Of a stretch of 64,000 bases of DNA, positions 46,835 through 57,844 are shown piece after piece. Made by a program: the position numbers and the translations under genes. Numbering within the stretch: the stretch's first letter is position 1; each line of letters begins with the position of its first letter. The DNA comes from Eubacteriales bacterium (GTDB taxonomy: Bacteria; Bacillota; Clostridia; Oscillospirales; CAG-272), in the NCBI GenBank assembly GCA_045651985.1, contig JAZRTK010000026.1, positions 102,705 to 166,704 on the forward strand, given 5' to 3'. The notes under the pieces were generated by a model that was not told where the DNA came from, ran no database searches, and saw only the letters and a list, made by a program, of their open reading frames with translations.

Positions 46835-47320
46835 TCATATAATTTCAATCGTTTCGATCACAACGGGGAATCTGGGACAGTCCTGAAAGTCGGTTGCGAC
46901 CGACGCGATCTTGTCCACGACCTCAATGCCGCTTGTCAGAGCGCCGAACGCCGCGTACTGACCGTCAAGGTGTGGTGCGTCGCGGTGCATGATAAAGAAC
47001 TGAGAGGAAGCGGAGTCGGGGATCATGGTGCGCGCCATGGAGAGAACGCCTCTCTTGTGCTTGATGTCGTTTTGAGGAAATCCGTTTGCGGCGAACTCGC
47101 CGTAGATAGACTCGGCATCGGTATCCTCAAACTTTTCTGTGTAGCCGCCGCCCTGTATCATAAAGCCTTCGATCACGCGGTGAAAGATAAGCCCCGCGAA
47201 AAAGTCCTTTTTGATAAGGGCAACAAAGTTTTCGACAGTTTTGGGGGCCTTGTCGGGATAAAGCTCTGCTTCCATTTCTCCGTAGTCGCGGACGGTGATT
47301 TTGATCTTGATGTTTTCCAT
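46835..47320 (-). CDS. ppiB: peptidyl-prolyl cis-trans isomerase (cyclophilin type)
   Basis: FHRVIEGFMIQGG, SMAR and SQFFI motifs. Confidence 0.9.
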   Translation of the reverse strand: MENIKIKITVRDYGEMEAELYPDKAPKTVENFVALIKKDFFAGLIFHRVIEGFMIQGGGYTEKFEDTDAESIYGEFAANGFPQNDIKHKRGVLSMARTMIPDSASSQFFIMHRDAPHLDGQYAAFGALTSGIEVVDKIASVATDFQDCPRFPVVIETIEII

Positions 47321-47340
47321 GTTTTTATAAACCTCTTTTT

Positions 47341-47745
47341 TTAGTCTTTTTGTGTCAGAGCCTCAAGCTCCTCGGCAAAGCCAAGGCGGAAAAGCTCGTC
47401 TATTCTGTCGTTTTTTCCTGCTATGTGCAGGTAAGCCATGAGCACCTCAAGCCCCGTCGCCATGCGGTATTCGGATACGGTGGCGCTTTTTGGCACGTTG
47501 GTGTGACCCATGTTCCGACCGCGTCGGAAAAAGGCTTCTTCTTCCTCGGTCAAGACTTCAAGTATTATTTTTGCCGCCTTTGCCTGGGCGGGAGCGCGTA
47601 CAAATGAGAGCGCTGAGGAGTTTAAGTGCTTTGAACTTGACAGACCCGCTTCGAGAAGCGCTTGTCTCACTCTCAACTCAAAGACGCAGTCACCCAGATA
47701 TGCAAGTGCGGGTGTGGCGGCAGTTTTTAGGTCTATCTTTGCCAT
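47341..47745 (-). CDS. mrnC: mini-ribonuclease 3
   Basis: LAYLGDCVFELRVR RNase III signature in a 134-aa protein. Confidence 0.85.
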   Translation of the reverse strand: MAKIDLKTAATPALAYLGDCVFELRVRQALLEAGLSSSKHLNSSALSFVRAPAQAKAAKIILEVLTEEEEAFFRRGRNMGHTNVPKSATVSEYRMATGLEVLMAYLHIAGKNDRIDELFRLGFAEELEALTQKD

Positions 47746-48347
47746 TATTTCTTGAACTTCTTTTCAAGCTTAACGATGAGGGGCGAGATGAGCGAGCCGA
47801 GAACACCCGTTGTCACGAGCTCGAACACAGCGTTCCAGGTGACAAGCACCGCAACGATGGCGATAAAGCTGTCGCCGAAGCTCATGATGTAGTCGGACGT
47901 ACCAAAGAAAAGCATCAATGCGCCCACGAAGAACACGGTATTAAGCGCAGGGGCCGCAATAGAGCAGGTGACCGCGCCTGCAAGAGGGGACAGCTTTGTC
48001 ACCGACTTATAAATGAGACCCGTCAGAAGTCCCATCAGGATTCGGGGAACAAAGCACATTACAAGTGTGAAAAAGGGATTAATTTCGTTCAGAGTAGTTC
48101 CAAATGCGTCAAGACCGAAGCACTGAATATAGCTGGTCGCGCCGAAAATGAGTCCGAGGAACGCGCCCGCGCCGGGTCCGATGACCGCCGCGCCGATAGC
48201 CACGGGAATTACCAGAGTGGTGGCGGAAAGAGGACCGAGATGTATGTATCCCAGGAAGGGAACGAACGCCATCATGATGATAACGGCGGAAAGTATCGCG
48301 GTCTGTGTGAGCTTTAGTGTGTTAAGTCCTGTTTTTTTGATTGCCAT
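47745..48347 (-). CDS. ECF transporter S component (substrate unknown)
   Basis: 200-aa polytopic protein. The opening LKLTQTAILSAVIIMMAFVPFLGYI is typical of S components. No energizing module is adjacent. Confidence 0.65.
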   Translation of the reverse strand: MAIKKTGLNTLKLTQTAILSAVIIMMAFVPFLGYIHLGPLSATTLVIPVAIGAAVIGPGAGAFLGLIFGATSYIQCFGLDAFGTTLNEINPFFTLVMCFVPRILMGLLTGLIYKSVTKLSPLAGAVTCSIAAPALNTVFFVGALMLFFGTSDYIMSFGDSFIAIVAVLVTWNAVFELVTTGVLGSLISPLIVKLEKKFKK

Positions 48348-48522
48348 AATGAATACCTCCCGGGAAGGTGTCTGAAACCGTCCCTTGACTGTATATTATA
48401 CCCCAAAAGTGCTTTAATGTCAATATTTTTCCATGGCGACAGGTATTTTGCGGCAAAGTTTTCTTGACAAAAGCGTTCCATTGACTTATAATTAAAGAAA
48501 TTATGAAAGGAAGGCAGAAAAG

Positions 48523-50061
<1,539 letters not shown>

Positions 50062-50243
50062 CTTTTTAGGTGAAAAACCCGTCCCAAGTCTTGCTTTTTC
50101 GACACGGCTAACGTCTTTTGCCGAAATTTCGCCCCGATAGACACACAAAAATAATTTGGGCACAAATTTTATTAACTTAACCCCTTGACAAGGCAGATTT
50201 TGGGTGATATAATTGGTGTGAATACGAGTCGGGAGGCGTTTCT

Positions 50244-51329
50244 TTGACGGATAAGATTGAAGAAAATAAGGTCGAAGAAACAGAAGCGACCAAGTCAAAC
50301 AAGACACTCAAGTTTCTGAGGATAATTACCGCAGGCTTGCTTGCGGTCTTCATCGTTGTTGCGGGAACTGTGTTGGGTGTCGTGCTTGCCATGCGCGAGA
50401 TCGGAAAGAGCAATCTTGCGGACAGACGTGACGACCCCGATAAGTATTATGATTATATCTACGACCCCGAGGTCATAAGGCTTAACGGCGAGACCTATCG
50501 CTATAATAAGGACCTGACCAATTTTTTGTTTGTTGGAATCGACAAGGATGAGCTTGGCAACCCCGACCATGAGTATGCGGGCGGAGGGTTTTCCGACGTT
50601 ATTCTGCTTGGGGTGCTTGATGAAAAGGAATCCAAGCTGACCGTTCTTCAGATCGACCGAAATACAGTGGTTCCCGTAAAGGCTTACGATGGCGAGGGCG
50701 CACCTCTTGGCACGTCAGATACGCAGATAGCAAGAGCCTATTCCTATGGGGACGGCAGAGAAAAAAGCATTGAGCTGACGTCAGCTGCGGTGTCCGAGCT
50801 TCTGTTCGGTGTTCCCGTCAACGGCTACTATGCGCTGGCAATGCCTGCGGTGGCGATTGTAAACGACATGATCGGCGGAGTCACGGTGACCCTGTCTGAG
50901 GACATGAAGCTTGATAAAAAGGAATATGCGGCAGGCACGACCCTGAAGCTTTTGGGGGAAGAGGCGGTGCTCTATCTCCGCGCCAGAACGGGAGTTGGAG
51001 ACGAGACTAACGCGTCAAGACTTGCTCGCCATCAGGAGTACCTTAGGCTCTTTGTGGAGCAGGCGAAAAAGAAGATGCTGGGCGACTTTTCCCTGGTCGG
51101 TGATATCTATAGTACCGTTATTGAAAGCTCATGCACCGATATTACCGCCTCCGAGGCAGTTTATCTGGCGACGGAAATTTCGGGCTACACCATAGAGTTC
51201 CGCTCTATTGCGGGCGAAACCGTCTACGGCGGTCAGGAGGACAGCGAGGAAAACTCGGATATGTTCTACCCCGATGCCGACGAGCTCTATCGCATGATAA
51301 TTGATATTTTCTACGTAAAAGAAGGTTAA
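50244..51329 (+). CDS. LCP (LytR-CpsA-Psr) family protein
   Basis: TTG start after GGGAGG, TM anchor, and FLFVGIDKDE...SDVILLGVLD...LQIDRNT motifs. Confidence 0.8.
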   Translation: MTDKIEENKVEETEATKSNKTLKFLRIITAGLLAVFIVVAGTVLGVVLAMREIGKSNLADRRDDPDKYYDYIYDPEVIRLNGETYRYNKDLTNFLFVGIDKDELGNPDHEYAGGGFSDVILLGVLDEKESKLTVLQIDRNTVVPVKAYDGEGAPLGTSDTQIARAYSYGDGREKSIELTSAAVSELLFGVPVNGYYALAMPAVAIVNDMIGGVTVTLSEDMKLDKKEYAAGTTLKLLGEEAVLYLRARTGVGDETNASRLARHQEYLRLFVEQAKKKMLGDFSLVGDIYSTVIESSCTDITASEAVYLATEISGYTIEFRSIAGETVYGGQEDSEENSDMFYPDADELYRMIIDIFYVKEG

Positions 51330-51331
51330 AA

Positions 51332-52159
51332 ATGTTTACGAAAGCCAAAACCCGTAAGATACTGTGGCTTTGTCTGTTCATTCTCTTTTGCCTTGTTCTT
51401 GCCGCGTGCTTCGGCTTTGCGGCTTACCACTACATTCTGAACGCTTCTCTTGACAACGTTTACGATCAGGCAAGAGTTGAAATACCTATTCCCTCGGCGC
51501 CTCTGCAAACGGATACCGCTCAGGGAGAGGACACTCCCTCGGCACCCCCCGCAGAAAACGAGGAGATAAAGACGCAGGTCGTGATAGACTTCGATATTCT
51601 CCGCGGCGTTTCCGAAAACGTTTACGCCTGGGTGGAAATACCCGAGACGAAGCTTGCTTACCCCGTGGTGCAGCACCCTAAGAACAACAGTTATTACGTA
51701 CGCCGATCCGTAAACGGCAAATATGACGTTTCGGGCTGCGTATTCTCGGAGAATTACAACAGCCGCGATTTCACCGATAAAAACACGGTGCTGTACGGTC
51801 ACTATATGTTTGACGACTCCAAGTTCGGCACTCTGCTCAACTACACGGATAAGGAATATTTCGGGCATCACCAAAGCGTGTACGTCTACACTCCCGATCA
51901 GGTGCTTGAATATAAGATATTCGCGGCGGTGCCCTTCAGCACGCGCCATGTGCTCCGCTCCTATCGAGGGGACGATGCTCATGAGCGATTTATTGCGGAT
52001 GTGATGGCGGTCAAGGACCCCCGCGCCGTTATTGACCGAAGTGTCGAGATAGACCTTGACACCGATAAAATTCTAACACTGTCAACCTGCATGAAGACTT
52101 CCTCAAAGAGGTTTCTTGTGTTGGCTGTGCTTATAAATTCCCAAAAGGTAAATCAATAA
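51332..52159 (+). CDS. srtB: class B sortase
   Basis: TM anchor. VYAWVEIPETKLAYPVVQ...NTVLYGHYM...LTLSTC, with the TLxTC catalytic Cys. Confidence 0.8.
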   Translation: MFTKAKTRKILWLCLFILFCLVLAACFGFAAYHYILNASLDNVYDQARVEIPIPSAPLQTDTAQGEDTPSAPPAENEEIKTQVVIDFDILRGVSENVYAWVEIPETKLAYPVVQHPKNNSYYVRRSVNGKYDVSGCVFSENYNSRDFTDKNTVLYGHYMFDDSKFGTLLNYTDKEYFGHHQSVYVYTPDQVLEYKIFAAVPFSTRHVLRSYRGDDAHERFIADVMAVKDPRAVIDRSVEIDLDTDKILTLSTCMKTSSKRFLVLAVLINSQKVNQ

Positions 52160-52185
52160 TTTTATATTTCAAAGGAGAAAAAATT

Positions 52186-52881
52186 ATGAAAAAGTTAGTT
52201 TCCCTGCTCGTAGTTGTCACAATGCTCGTAGCTTGCTTCGCTACAACTGCTTTCGCTGCAAACAGCCCTGTTGGTGATCTTACCTTGACAGATGTTGCAG
52301 GCGTTGAGGTTGAGGGTGGTAACCTTTCGGCTAAGGCTGTTGAAAAGCTTGCTGAAGAATTCGATCTCGAGGTCATTAAGGACACAAAAGTTAACTGGAT
52401 CGCTCCTATCAGCACACCTGCCGGCATTAAGGAGAAGGTTGGCGTAGCTGATTACAAGCTCTTCCAGGGCGCAAAGCTCGTTCTGAGCGAGGCCGGTGTT
52501 AAGATCCTTACCGGTGAGACAGTTCTCAAGAACACAGCTCCCACAGTTGCGACCATCAGCGCATCCGCTGCAGCTAAGGCAACTGTCAAGACAACAACAG
52601 TAACACTGAATGTTCCCGGTATCACAGAGGCAAACGCTCCCAAGATCGTTTCCTACGATCCCGCAACAAAGGCTTACACACCTGTTACAACAACAGTTGC
52701 AGGCTCCAACGTTTCCGCGACAGTTCCCGTATCTTCCGATAACGTAGCATACATCGCAGTTATCTACACAGGCGCAGCAACATCTCCCGAGACAAACGTT
52801 GCGGCTTGGGCAATCGGCGTAGTTGCTATCGTTGCTCTCGTAGGCGCAGCTTACGCAGGCAAGAAGGTATTCGCAGCTTAA
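52186..52881 (+). CDS. secreted surface protein with a C-terminal sorting-signal-like tail (SPETN, hydrophobic helix, KK)
   Basis: Signal peptide ending AFA/AN. The C-terminus is TSPETNVAAWAIGVVAIVALVGAAYAGKKVFAA. RBS AAAGGAGAAAAAATT. Confidence 0.7.
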   Translation: MKKLVSLLVVVTMLVACFATTAFAANSPVGDLTLTDVAGVEVEGGNLSAKAVEKLAEEFDLEVIKDTKVNWIAPISTPAGIKEKVGVADYKLFQGAKLVLSEAGVKILTGETVLKNTAPTVATISASAAAKATVKTTTVTLNVPGITEANAPKIVSYDPATKAYTPVTTTVAGSNVSATVPVSSDNVAYIAVIYTGAATSPETNVAAWAIGVVAIVALVGAAYAGKKVFAA

Positions 52882-52962
52882 TTTCAAACATACAAACCAA
52901 ATTAAATTATTGATTAAGGAGCCCCCTGCCGCGGCAGGGGTCTGCCTTTTTCGGCAGACAGC

Positions 52963-53036
52963 AAAAAACGACGGCTACGCACCGTCGTTTTTTCTTTTAT
53001 GTTTGGGGTGTCCGACCACCTTTTTAAAGGGGGACG
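52963..53036 (-). repeat. intergenic repeat family copy D (terminator core plus left arm, inverted orientation)
   Basis: AAAAAACGACGGctacgcaCCGTCGTTTTTT, then cttttatGTTTGGGGTGTCCGACCACCTTTTTAAAGGGGGAC. Confidence 0.75.
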
Positions 53037-53059
53037 GTGACATCTGTCACCGCTACATT

Positions 53060-53914
53060 TTACGCTTTGGGAAAAGCGAAGGAGTCGGATTTTTTGTACT
53101 CCGATATATCTACCGTAAACACGGTGGTGTTCTGGGAATAGACAGTCGCCTTGTTTAGCGTAACCGTACTGTGGTAAACGTAGCCGTAATCGAGGTAATA
53201 GTAGTAGGTTTCACGGGCGCCCGTAGCTTCCCGCGTCAAATTTATGACCAGCATATTCAGACCCTTGCCTCGGATCATTGAAAGGGACATTGAGGAAAGT
53301 CCCGTCTGCACGCGGCGGTCGCCGCCTGCCGAATAATCGGACACCAATGAAGTAAGATCTTGGTGGTCGGTTATACCTACAAGGTTTTCGACCGTAAATT
53401 CCTTACCTAAGGGGCAAAATGAAACGCTGCCCGTTATCTCATTTGTGATGCAAGCTTGCTTTCCGTCCGAGATGAGAGTCTCGACCAGAACGCCGTTTTC
53501 TATGGTGCGGATATTGTAAAGATCTCCATCGCGAAGTATCTGCAGAGTCTGCTCGGTTTGGTTCTCCCCGTCGGAACGCACTACGGTGCATTCCCTATAA
53601 TATGAGGTCTTGGTGACATACGAAGCAAATGCCTCGGCGTCCGAGAGATCGGGGGCGGGGACGTGATCAAGCTCGTCGTAAAAATGCCCCTTTAACTGTT
53701 CCTCTATCTGCCGAATATCGGTTTTGTCTTCGGTATCCTTTGGGTCATGGTCCTTTGAGTTCATGGCTCCGCTGCCTACAGTATACAGGAGAGTAATCGC
53801 CACGACGCAGATGAACACTGCCGCGAAGATCATAATTACGGCACCGACGGCACCACCTCGGGATATTTTCCCCGTCGCGCCCGTTTGCTCGGGTTGTTTT
53901 CGTCTGTTTGCCAT
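53060..53914 (-). CDS. membrane-anchored hypothetical protein
   Basis: 284 aa with a single N-terminal TM helix. No family recognised. Confidence 0.55.
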   Translation of the reverse strand: MANRRKQPEQTGATGKISRGGAVGAVIMIFAAVFICVVAITLLYTVGSGAMNSKDHDPKDTEDKTDIRQIEEQLKGHFYDELDHVPAPDLSDAEAFASYVTKTSYYRECTVVRSDGENQTEQTLQILRDGDLYNIRTIENGVLVETLISDGKQACITNEITGSVSFCPLGKEFTVENLVGITDHQDLTSLVSDYSAGGDRRVQTGLSSMSLSMIRGKGLNMLVINLTREATGARETYYYYLDYGYVYHSTVTLNKATVYSQNTTVFTVDISEYKKSDSFAFPKA

Positions 53915-53943
53915 GGATTTCGGGAGATCTCCTTTCGGATTTT

Positions 53944-55086
53944 TTATTTCTCGCTTTTCAAATCGGTCGGCTCGGACTTTTTTGTGATAATGTCGGCGGC
54001 TTTTGCCTCGTCCATTGTTTTGACACCCGATTCGATAGCGTCGATCTGGTCGAAAAGCCCTGTCAGAGGACGAAGGTGAGGACGCTTGAAAACGCCTGCG
54101 CTGGCAATAAACAGAGCCACGCCCGCAACCAGCATAATGACCGCGGGAACGTACTTTTCAAGGGAGAGCAAGACTGCCGCGCAACCCATTATTCCGCATA
54201 CAGAATAGAGGATCCGTACGCTTTTTTTCTGGCCGAAGCCCAGACCGATAAGCCGATGGTGAATGTGACCGCGGTCGGCGGAAAAGGGGGATTTTCCGTG
54301 CAAGATCCGACGGAAAATCGTAAACGTGGTGTCAAGCAGGGGGAGCGCAAAGATCGACAGGGGGATAAGGAAGGAAAGGACCGTTGATGTCTTGAAGATG
54401 CCCTGAACCGAAAGGACCGCCAAGAGGAATCCCAAGGGCTGAGAACCGCTGTCGCCCATAAATATCTTTGCGGGGTGCATGTTAAAGGGCATAAAGCCCA
54501 GACACGCGCCAACGATAATTGCGGTAATAAGGGCCGCCTGCACGTCCCCGACTATAAGAGTGACAAAAAGCAATGAAATGGAACAGATTATGGAAACTCC
54601 GCAAGCAAGGCCGTCAAGACCGTCGATAAGATTGAGGGCGTTGGTCAGCGCCACGATCCATATGATGGTAATGAGTATAGACCAGTTGCCAAAGGAGTAA
54701 AACTTGTCTCCGATAGATATGAATTCAACGCAAACGCCGTTCAGCGCCACTAAAAGCGCGGCGACGACCTGTATTCCGAGCTTCAGAAAAGCGTTGAGCG
54801 AGAAAATGTCGTCAAAAACGCCCATAACAACCATTATCAGCGTGCCATAGAGAGCAGACGTGATAAAGTTGGAGGGACGGCAGAACGCAAGTATCGTAAG
54901 GCAAATGCCGATAAAAATGGCGACTCCTCCCATTCTGGGGGTGGGGACCTTGTGCATTCTGCGGTCGTCCTTTGGGACGTCCACCGCACGCAGTCTGTAT
55001 GCCAGGACTCTTATCAGCGGAGTGCAGCAGTAGGAGAGAAGTCCCGCGCAAAGCGCCGCCATGAGTCCTTGTATCAAAGTTTTCAT
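53944..55086 (-). CDS. glycosyltransferase family 4 (WecA/TagO-type undecaprenyl-phosphate GlcNAc-1-P transferase)
   Basis: MraY/WecA motifs DD.FSL, NA.NLIDGLDGL, MGDSGS and HIHHRL. Confidence 0.85.
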   Translation of the reverse strand: MKTLIQGLMAALCAGLLSYCCTPLIRVLAYRLRAVDVPKDDRRMHKVPTPRMGGVAIFIGICLTILAFCRPSNFITSALYGTLIMVVMGVFDDIFSLNAFLKLGIQVVAALLVALNGVCVEFISIGDKFYSFGNWSILITIIWIVALTNALNLIDGLDGLACGVSIICSISLLFVTLIVGDVQAALITAIIVGACLGFMPFNMHPAKIFMGDSGSQPLGFLLAVLSVQGIFKTSTVLSFLIPLSIFALPLLDTTFTIFRRILHGKSPFSADRGHIHHRLIGLGFGQKKSVRILYSVCGIMGCAAVLLSLEKYVPAVIMLVAGVALFIASAGVFKRPHLRPLTGLFDQIDAIESGVKTMDEAKAADIITKKSEPTDLKSEK

Positions 55087-55116
55087 GATCGATTATCCTT
55101 TCTTTTTGAGGACGTA

Positions 55117-56112
55117 TCAGATGAGGAATCCTACCTTTTTCTTGACCTTTGAAAGCGTCTTTTGAGCAAAGTAAGCGGCGGTGTCGGCACCGTTTTTCAT
55201 AACAGTCTCAAGGTACGCCTTGTCGGAAAGCAGACGGGCGTGCTCGGTCTGAACGGGTGCCAGAGTGTCCGCAACCGCCTCGCCTACCGCCAACTTGAAG
55301 TCGCCGTAGCCTCGGCCGTCGAACTCGCGCTCAATCTCCTCAAAGCTCTTGCCCGTTACGCAGGAGTAAATGGACATGAGATTGTTGATTCCGTCCTTGC
55401 CCTCGCCGTAGCGAACGCAGGTGTCGCTGTCGGTTACTGCGCGCTTGAATTTTCTTATTATTGTGTCCTTGTCGTCCAGAATGTAAACGATGGCGTTTGC
55501 ATTTTCGTCCGATTTGCTCATTTTCTTTGTGGGGTCGGCAAGCGACATGATCTTCATTCCGCTCTTTGAGATAATGGGCTCGGGAATGGTGAAGGTCTCG
55601 GAATAAGCCTGGTTGAAGCGTCCCGCGATGTCACGAGCCAGCTCAACGTGCTGCTTTTGGTCGATTCCCACGGGAACGACGTCTGTCTGGTAGAGCAGGA
55701 TGTCTGCCGCCATGAGGGTGGGGTAGGTGAAAAGACCCGCGTTTATGTTGTCGGAATGCTTTGCGCTCTTGTCCTTGAACTGTGTCATGCGCGAAAGCTC
55801 GCCGAACATTGTGTAGCAGTTGAGTATCCATGCAAGCTCGGCGTGAGCGGGCACGTGGGACTGAACGTAAAGCGTGTTTTTCTCGGGGTCAAGACCCGCG
55901 GCGATGTAGAGCGCCAAAGTCTCGTAGGTGCGTCGCCTGAGCTCTGCGGGGACTTGGCGAACGGTAATTGCGTGCATGTCAACCACGCAGTAAAAGGTCT
56001 GGTATTCCTCGCTGTAGCGGGAGAAATTGCGCAGAGCTCCCAAATAGTTACCGATGGTCAGATTTCCGCTTGGCTGAATGCCCGAATAAGAAACTTTTTT
56101 ATCTTTCAACAT
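55117..56112 (-). CDS. trpS: tryptophan--tRNA ligase
   Basis: SGIQPSGNLTIGNYLGA (HIGH region) and KMSKS. The internal ATG at 56112 gives the canonical N-terminus. Confidence 0.9.
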   Translation of the reverse strand: MLKDKKVSYSGIQPSGNLTIGNYLGALRNFSRYSEEYQTFYCVVDMHAITVRQVPAELRRRTYETLALYIAAGLDPEKNTLYVQSHVPAHAELAWILNCYTMFGELSRMTQFKDKSAKHSDNINAGLFTYPTLMAADILLYQTDVVPVGIDQKQHVELARDIAGRFNQAYSETFTIPEPIISKSGMKIMSLADPTKKMSKSDENANAIVYILDDKDTIIRKFKRAVTDSDTCVRYGEGKDGINNLMSIYSCVTGKSFEEIEREFDGRGYGDFKLAVGEAVADTLAPVQTEHARLLSDKAYLETVMKNGADTAAYFAQKTLSKVKKKVGFLI

Positions 56113-56267
56113 GGTGTACCTCTTTGTGATTTTCCGTGACGTCGGCGCGGAGATTTGCATATACGGATTTATTATAACATATTGTGGGAAATTTTTCAAG
56201 CACAATCTGAAAATAAGTAAAAAACGGGCAAAAAAGGCATACCTTGCGGCATGCCTTTTCCTTTGAA

Positions 56268-57092
56268 TTACTTGAATGACGCCTCCAGCAGATCGGCAGC
56301 GGGGTCAAGATAGTCGTTTTCCATAAGCTCGATCATGCCGCGGTCGCAAAGTGCCGCCAGCTTGGGATCCATGGGGATCCTGCCAAGCAGAGGATAACCG
56401 AACTTTCGGCAGATATCCTCAATGTGGCTGTCACCGAACACCTTTATTTCCTTGCCGCAGTCGGGACACTTGACGTAGCTCATGTTTTCAACCACGCCGA
56501 GCACGGGAATGTTCATCATGCTTGCCATGTTTGCCGCTTTTTGTACGATCATTGAAACCAGCTCCTGAGGACTGCTGACGATAATGATCCCGTCAAGAGG
56601 AATGGACTGGAACACGGTCAGAGGGACGTCGCCCGTACCGGGAGGGCAGTCAACGAACATCAGGTCGATGTCGTTCCAGATGGTGTCCTTCCAGAACTGC
56701 TTTACCGTGCCCGCAATAACAGGTCCGCGCCAAACCACGGGCTCGGTCTCGTTGTCCATGAGCAGGTTGACCGACATTACGTCAATTCCCGTGGTGGAGG
56801 AGGGAGGGATAAGTCCGATATCGTTGCCCGCAACTCTCTCTTTGATGCCGAACGCCTTGGGGATAGAGGGACCCGTGATGTCCGCGTCAAGGATAGCGCA
56901 CTTGAAATCGCGTCTTTGCATGTTGACCGCCATCATGGAGGTCACAAGGGACTTACCGACACCGCCCTTTCCGCTGACGACGCCGATAACGTGCTTTACA
57001 GAGCTTAGATCATTTAATGCCTCGATAAGGCTGTCAGGCTGCTTTGAAGCGCAGGCGCTTGAACAGCTTGAACAATCGTGTGTGCAACCCAT
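56268..57092 (-). CDS. Mrp/NBP35 family Fe-S cluster carrier ATPase
   Basis: Deviant Walker A SGKGGVGKS and the CPxC motif CPDCG. Confidence 0.9.
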   Translation of the reverse strand: MGCTHDCSSCSSACASKQPDSLIEALNDLSSVKHVIGVVSGKGGVGKSLVTSMMAVNMQRRDFKCAILDADITGPSIPKAFGIKERVAGNDIGLIPPSSTTGIDVMSVNLLMDNETEPVVWRGPVIAGTVKQFWKDTIWNDIDLMFVDCPPGTGDVPLTVFQSIPLDGIIIVSSPQELVSMIVQKAANMASMMNIPVLGVVENMSYVKCPDCGKEIKVFGDSHIEDICRKFGYPLLGRIPMDPKLAALCDRGMIELMENDYLDPAADLLEASFK

Positions 57093-57126
57093 TTTATGTT
57101 ACCTACCTTTGAAATAAAATTTTGTT

Positions 57127-57843
57127 TTAAAGGGCAAAACCGCCGTCAACGGCGATGATCTGTCCCGTAATAAACGATGCGTTTTCGCTTGCCAGAAAAA
57201 ATACAGCGTCCGCCACCTCATCGGGGCGTCCGATACGGCAAAGGGGTGTTTCCTGCGCCAAGGAGTCAAGAGTTTCTTGAGTAAGCGACGCGTTCATGTC
57301 GGTGTCAATGACCCCCGGGGCTATGCAGTTTATCGTTATAGACGAGGGACCAAGCTCCTTTGCCAAAGCCTTGGTCAAGCCGACCAGACCTGCCTTTGCG
57401 GCGGAATAAAGAGCCTCGCAGGAGGACCCGCAAAGTCCCCAGACCGAGGAGATATTAATTATTCTGCCGTAGTGCTGTGCCACCATGAATTTTGCCGCCT
57501 CGCGGGCACAGACCATGGCGGAAGTCAAATTTGCGGAGATTACCCGATCGATTTGCTCGTCGGTCTCGTCTGAGAAAAGGGAGAAATGACAGACTCCCGC
57601 ATTATTTACAAGAACATCAATTCCGCCCATGATCTCCGCCGCCTTTTTCACGGCACCTGCCGCCTGCTTTTTGTCGGTAAGATCGGCGCAGATTGGCGCG
57701 GCGCCTGTTTCTTCTGATAATTTTTCGGCTTCGGAATGACTGCTTTTGTAAACGAAACAGACCGCCGCGCCCTCGTCAGCGAATTTTTTCACGCAGGCGG
57801 CGCCGATGCCGCGCGAGCCGCCGGTTATAAGTATCTTTCTCAT
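57127..57843 (-). CDS. SDR family oxidoreductase (FabG-like)
   Basis: [12 protein letters not shown] and YSAAKAG motifs. Confidence 0.85.
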   Translation of the reverse strand: MRKILITGGSRGIGAACVKKFADEGAAVCFVYKSSHSEAEKLSEETGAAPICADLTDKKQAAGAVKKAAEIMGGIDVLVNNAGVCHFSLFSDETDEQIDRVISANLTSAMVCAREAAKFMVAQHYGRIINISSVWGLCGSSCEALYSAAKAGLVGLTKALAKELGPSSITINCIAPGVIDTDMNASLTQETLDSLAQETPLCRIGRPDEVADAVFFLASENASFITGQIIAVDGGFAL

Positions 57844-57844
57844 A

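Noticed and set aside
48348-48440. Possible riboswitch upstream of the ECF S-component gene (47745-48347)
   Set aside because: The leader after the TTGACA, 17-nt spacer, TATAAT promoter is only about 45 nt. It contains a single GGGA/TCCC hairpin near the RBS. I could match no FMN, preQ1, TPP or THF core.
52195-52887. 230-aa antisense ORF encoding an extremely Cys-rich protein opposite the surface-protein gene
   Set aside because: It is a mirror-image artefact. The sense gene is rich in Ala/Thr codons GCA/ACA, whose complements read TGC/TGT. The sense ORF has a signal peptide, an RBS and a sorting signal, whereas the antisense ORF has no RBS or plausible fold.
56113-56267. Expected T-box leader upstream of trpS
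   Set aside because: The gap is only about 155 nt and is partly occupied by the terminator of the upstream mrp-like gene. No T-box sequence, Stem I motifs or antiterminator could be found.
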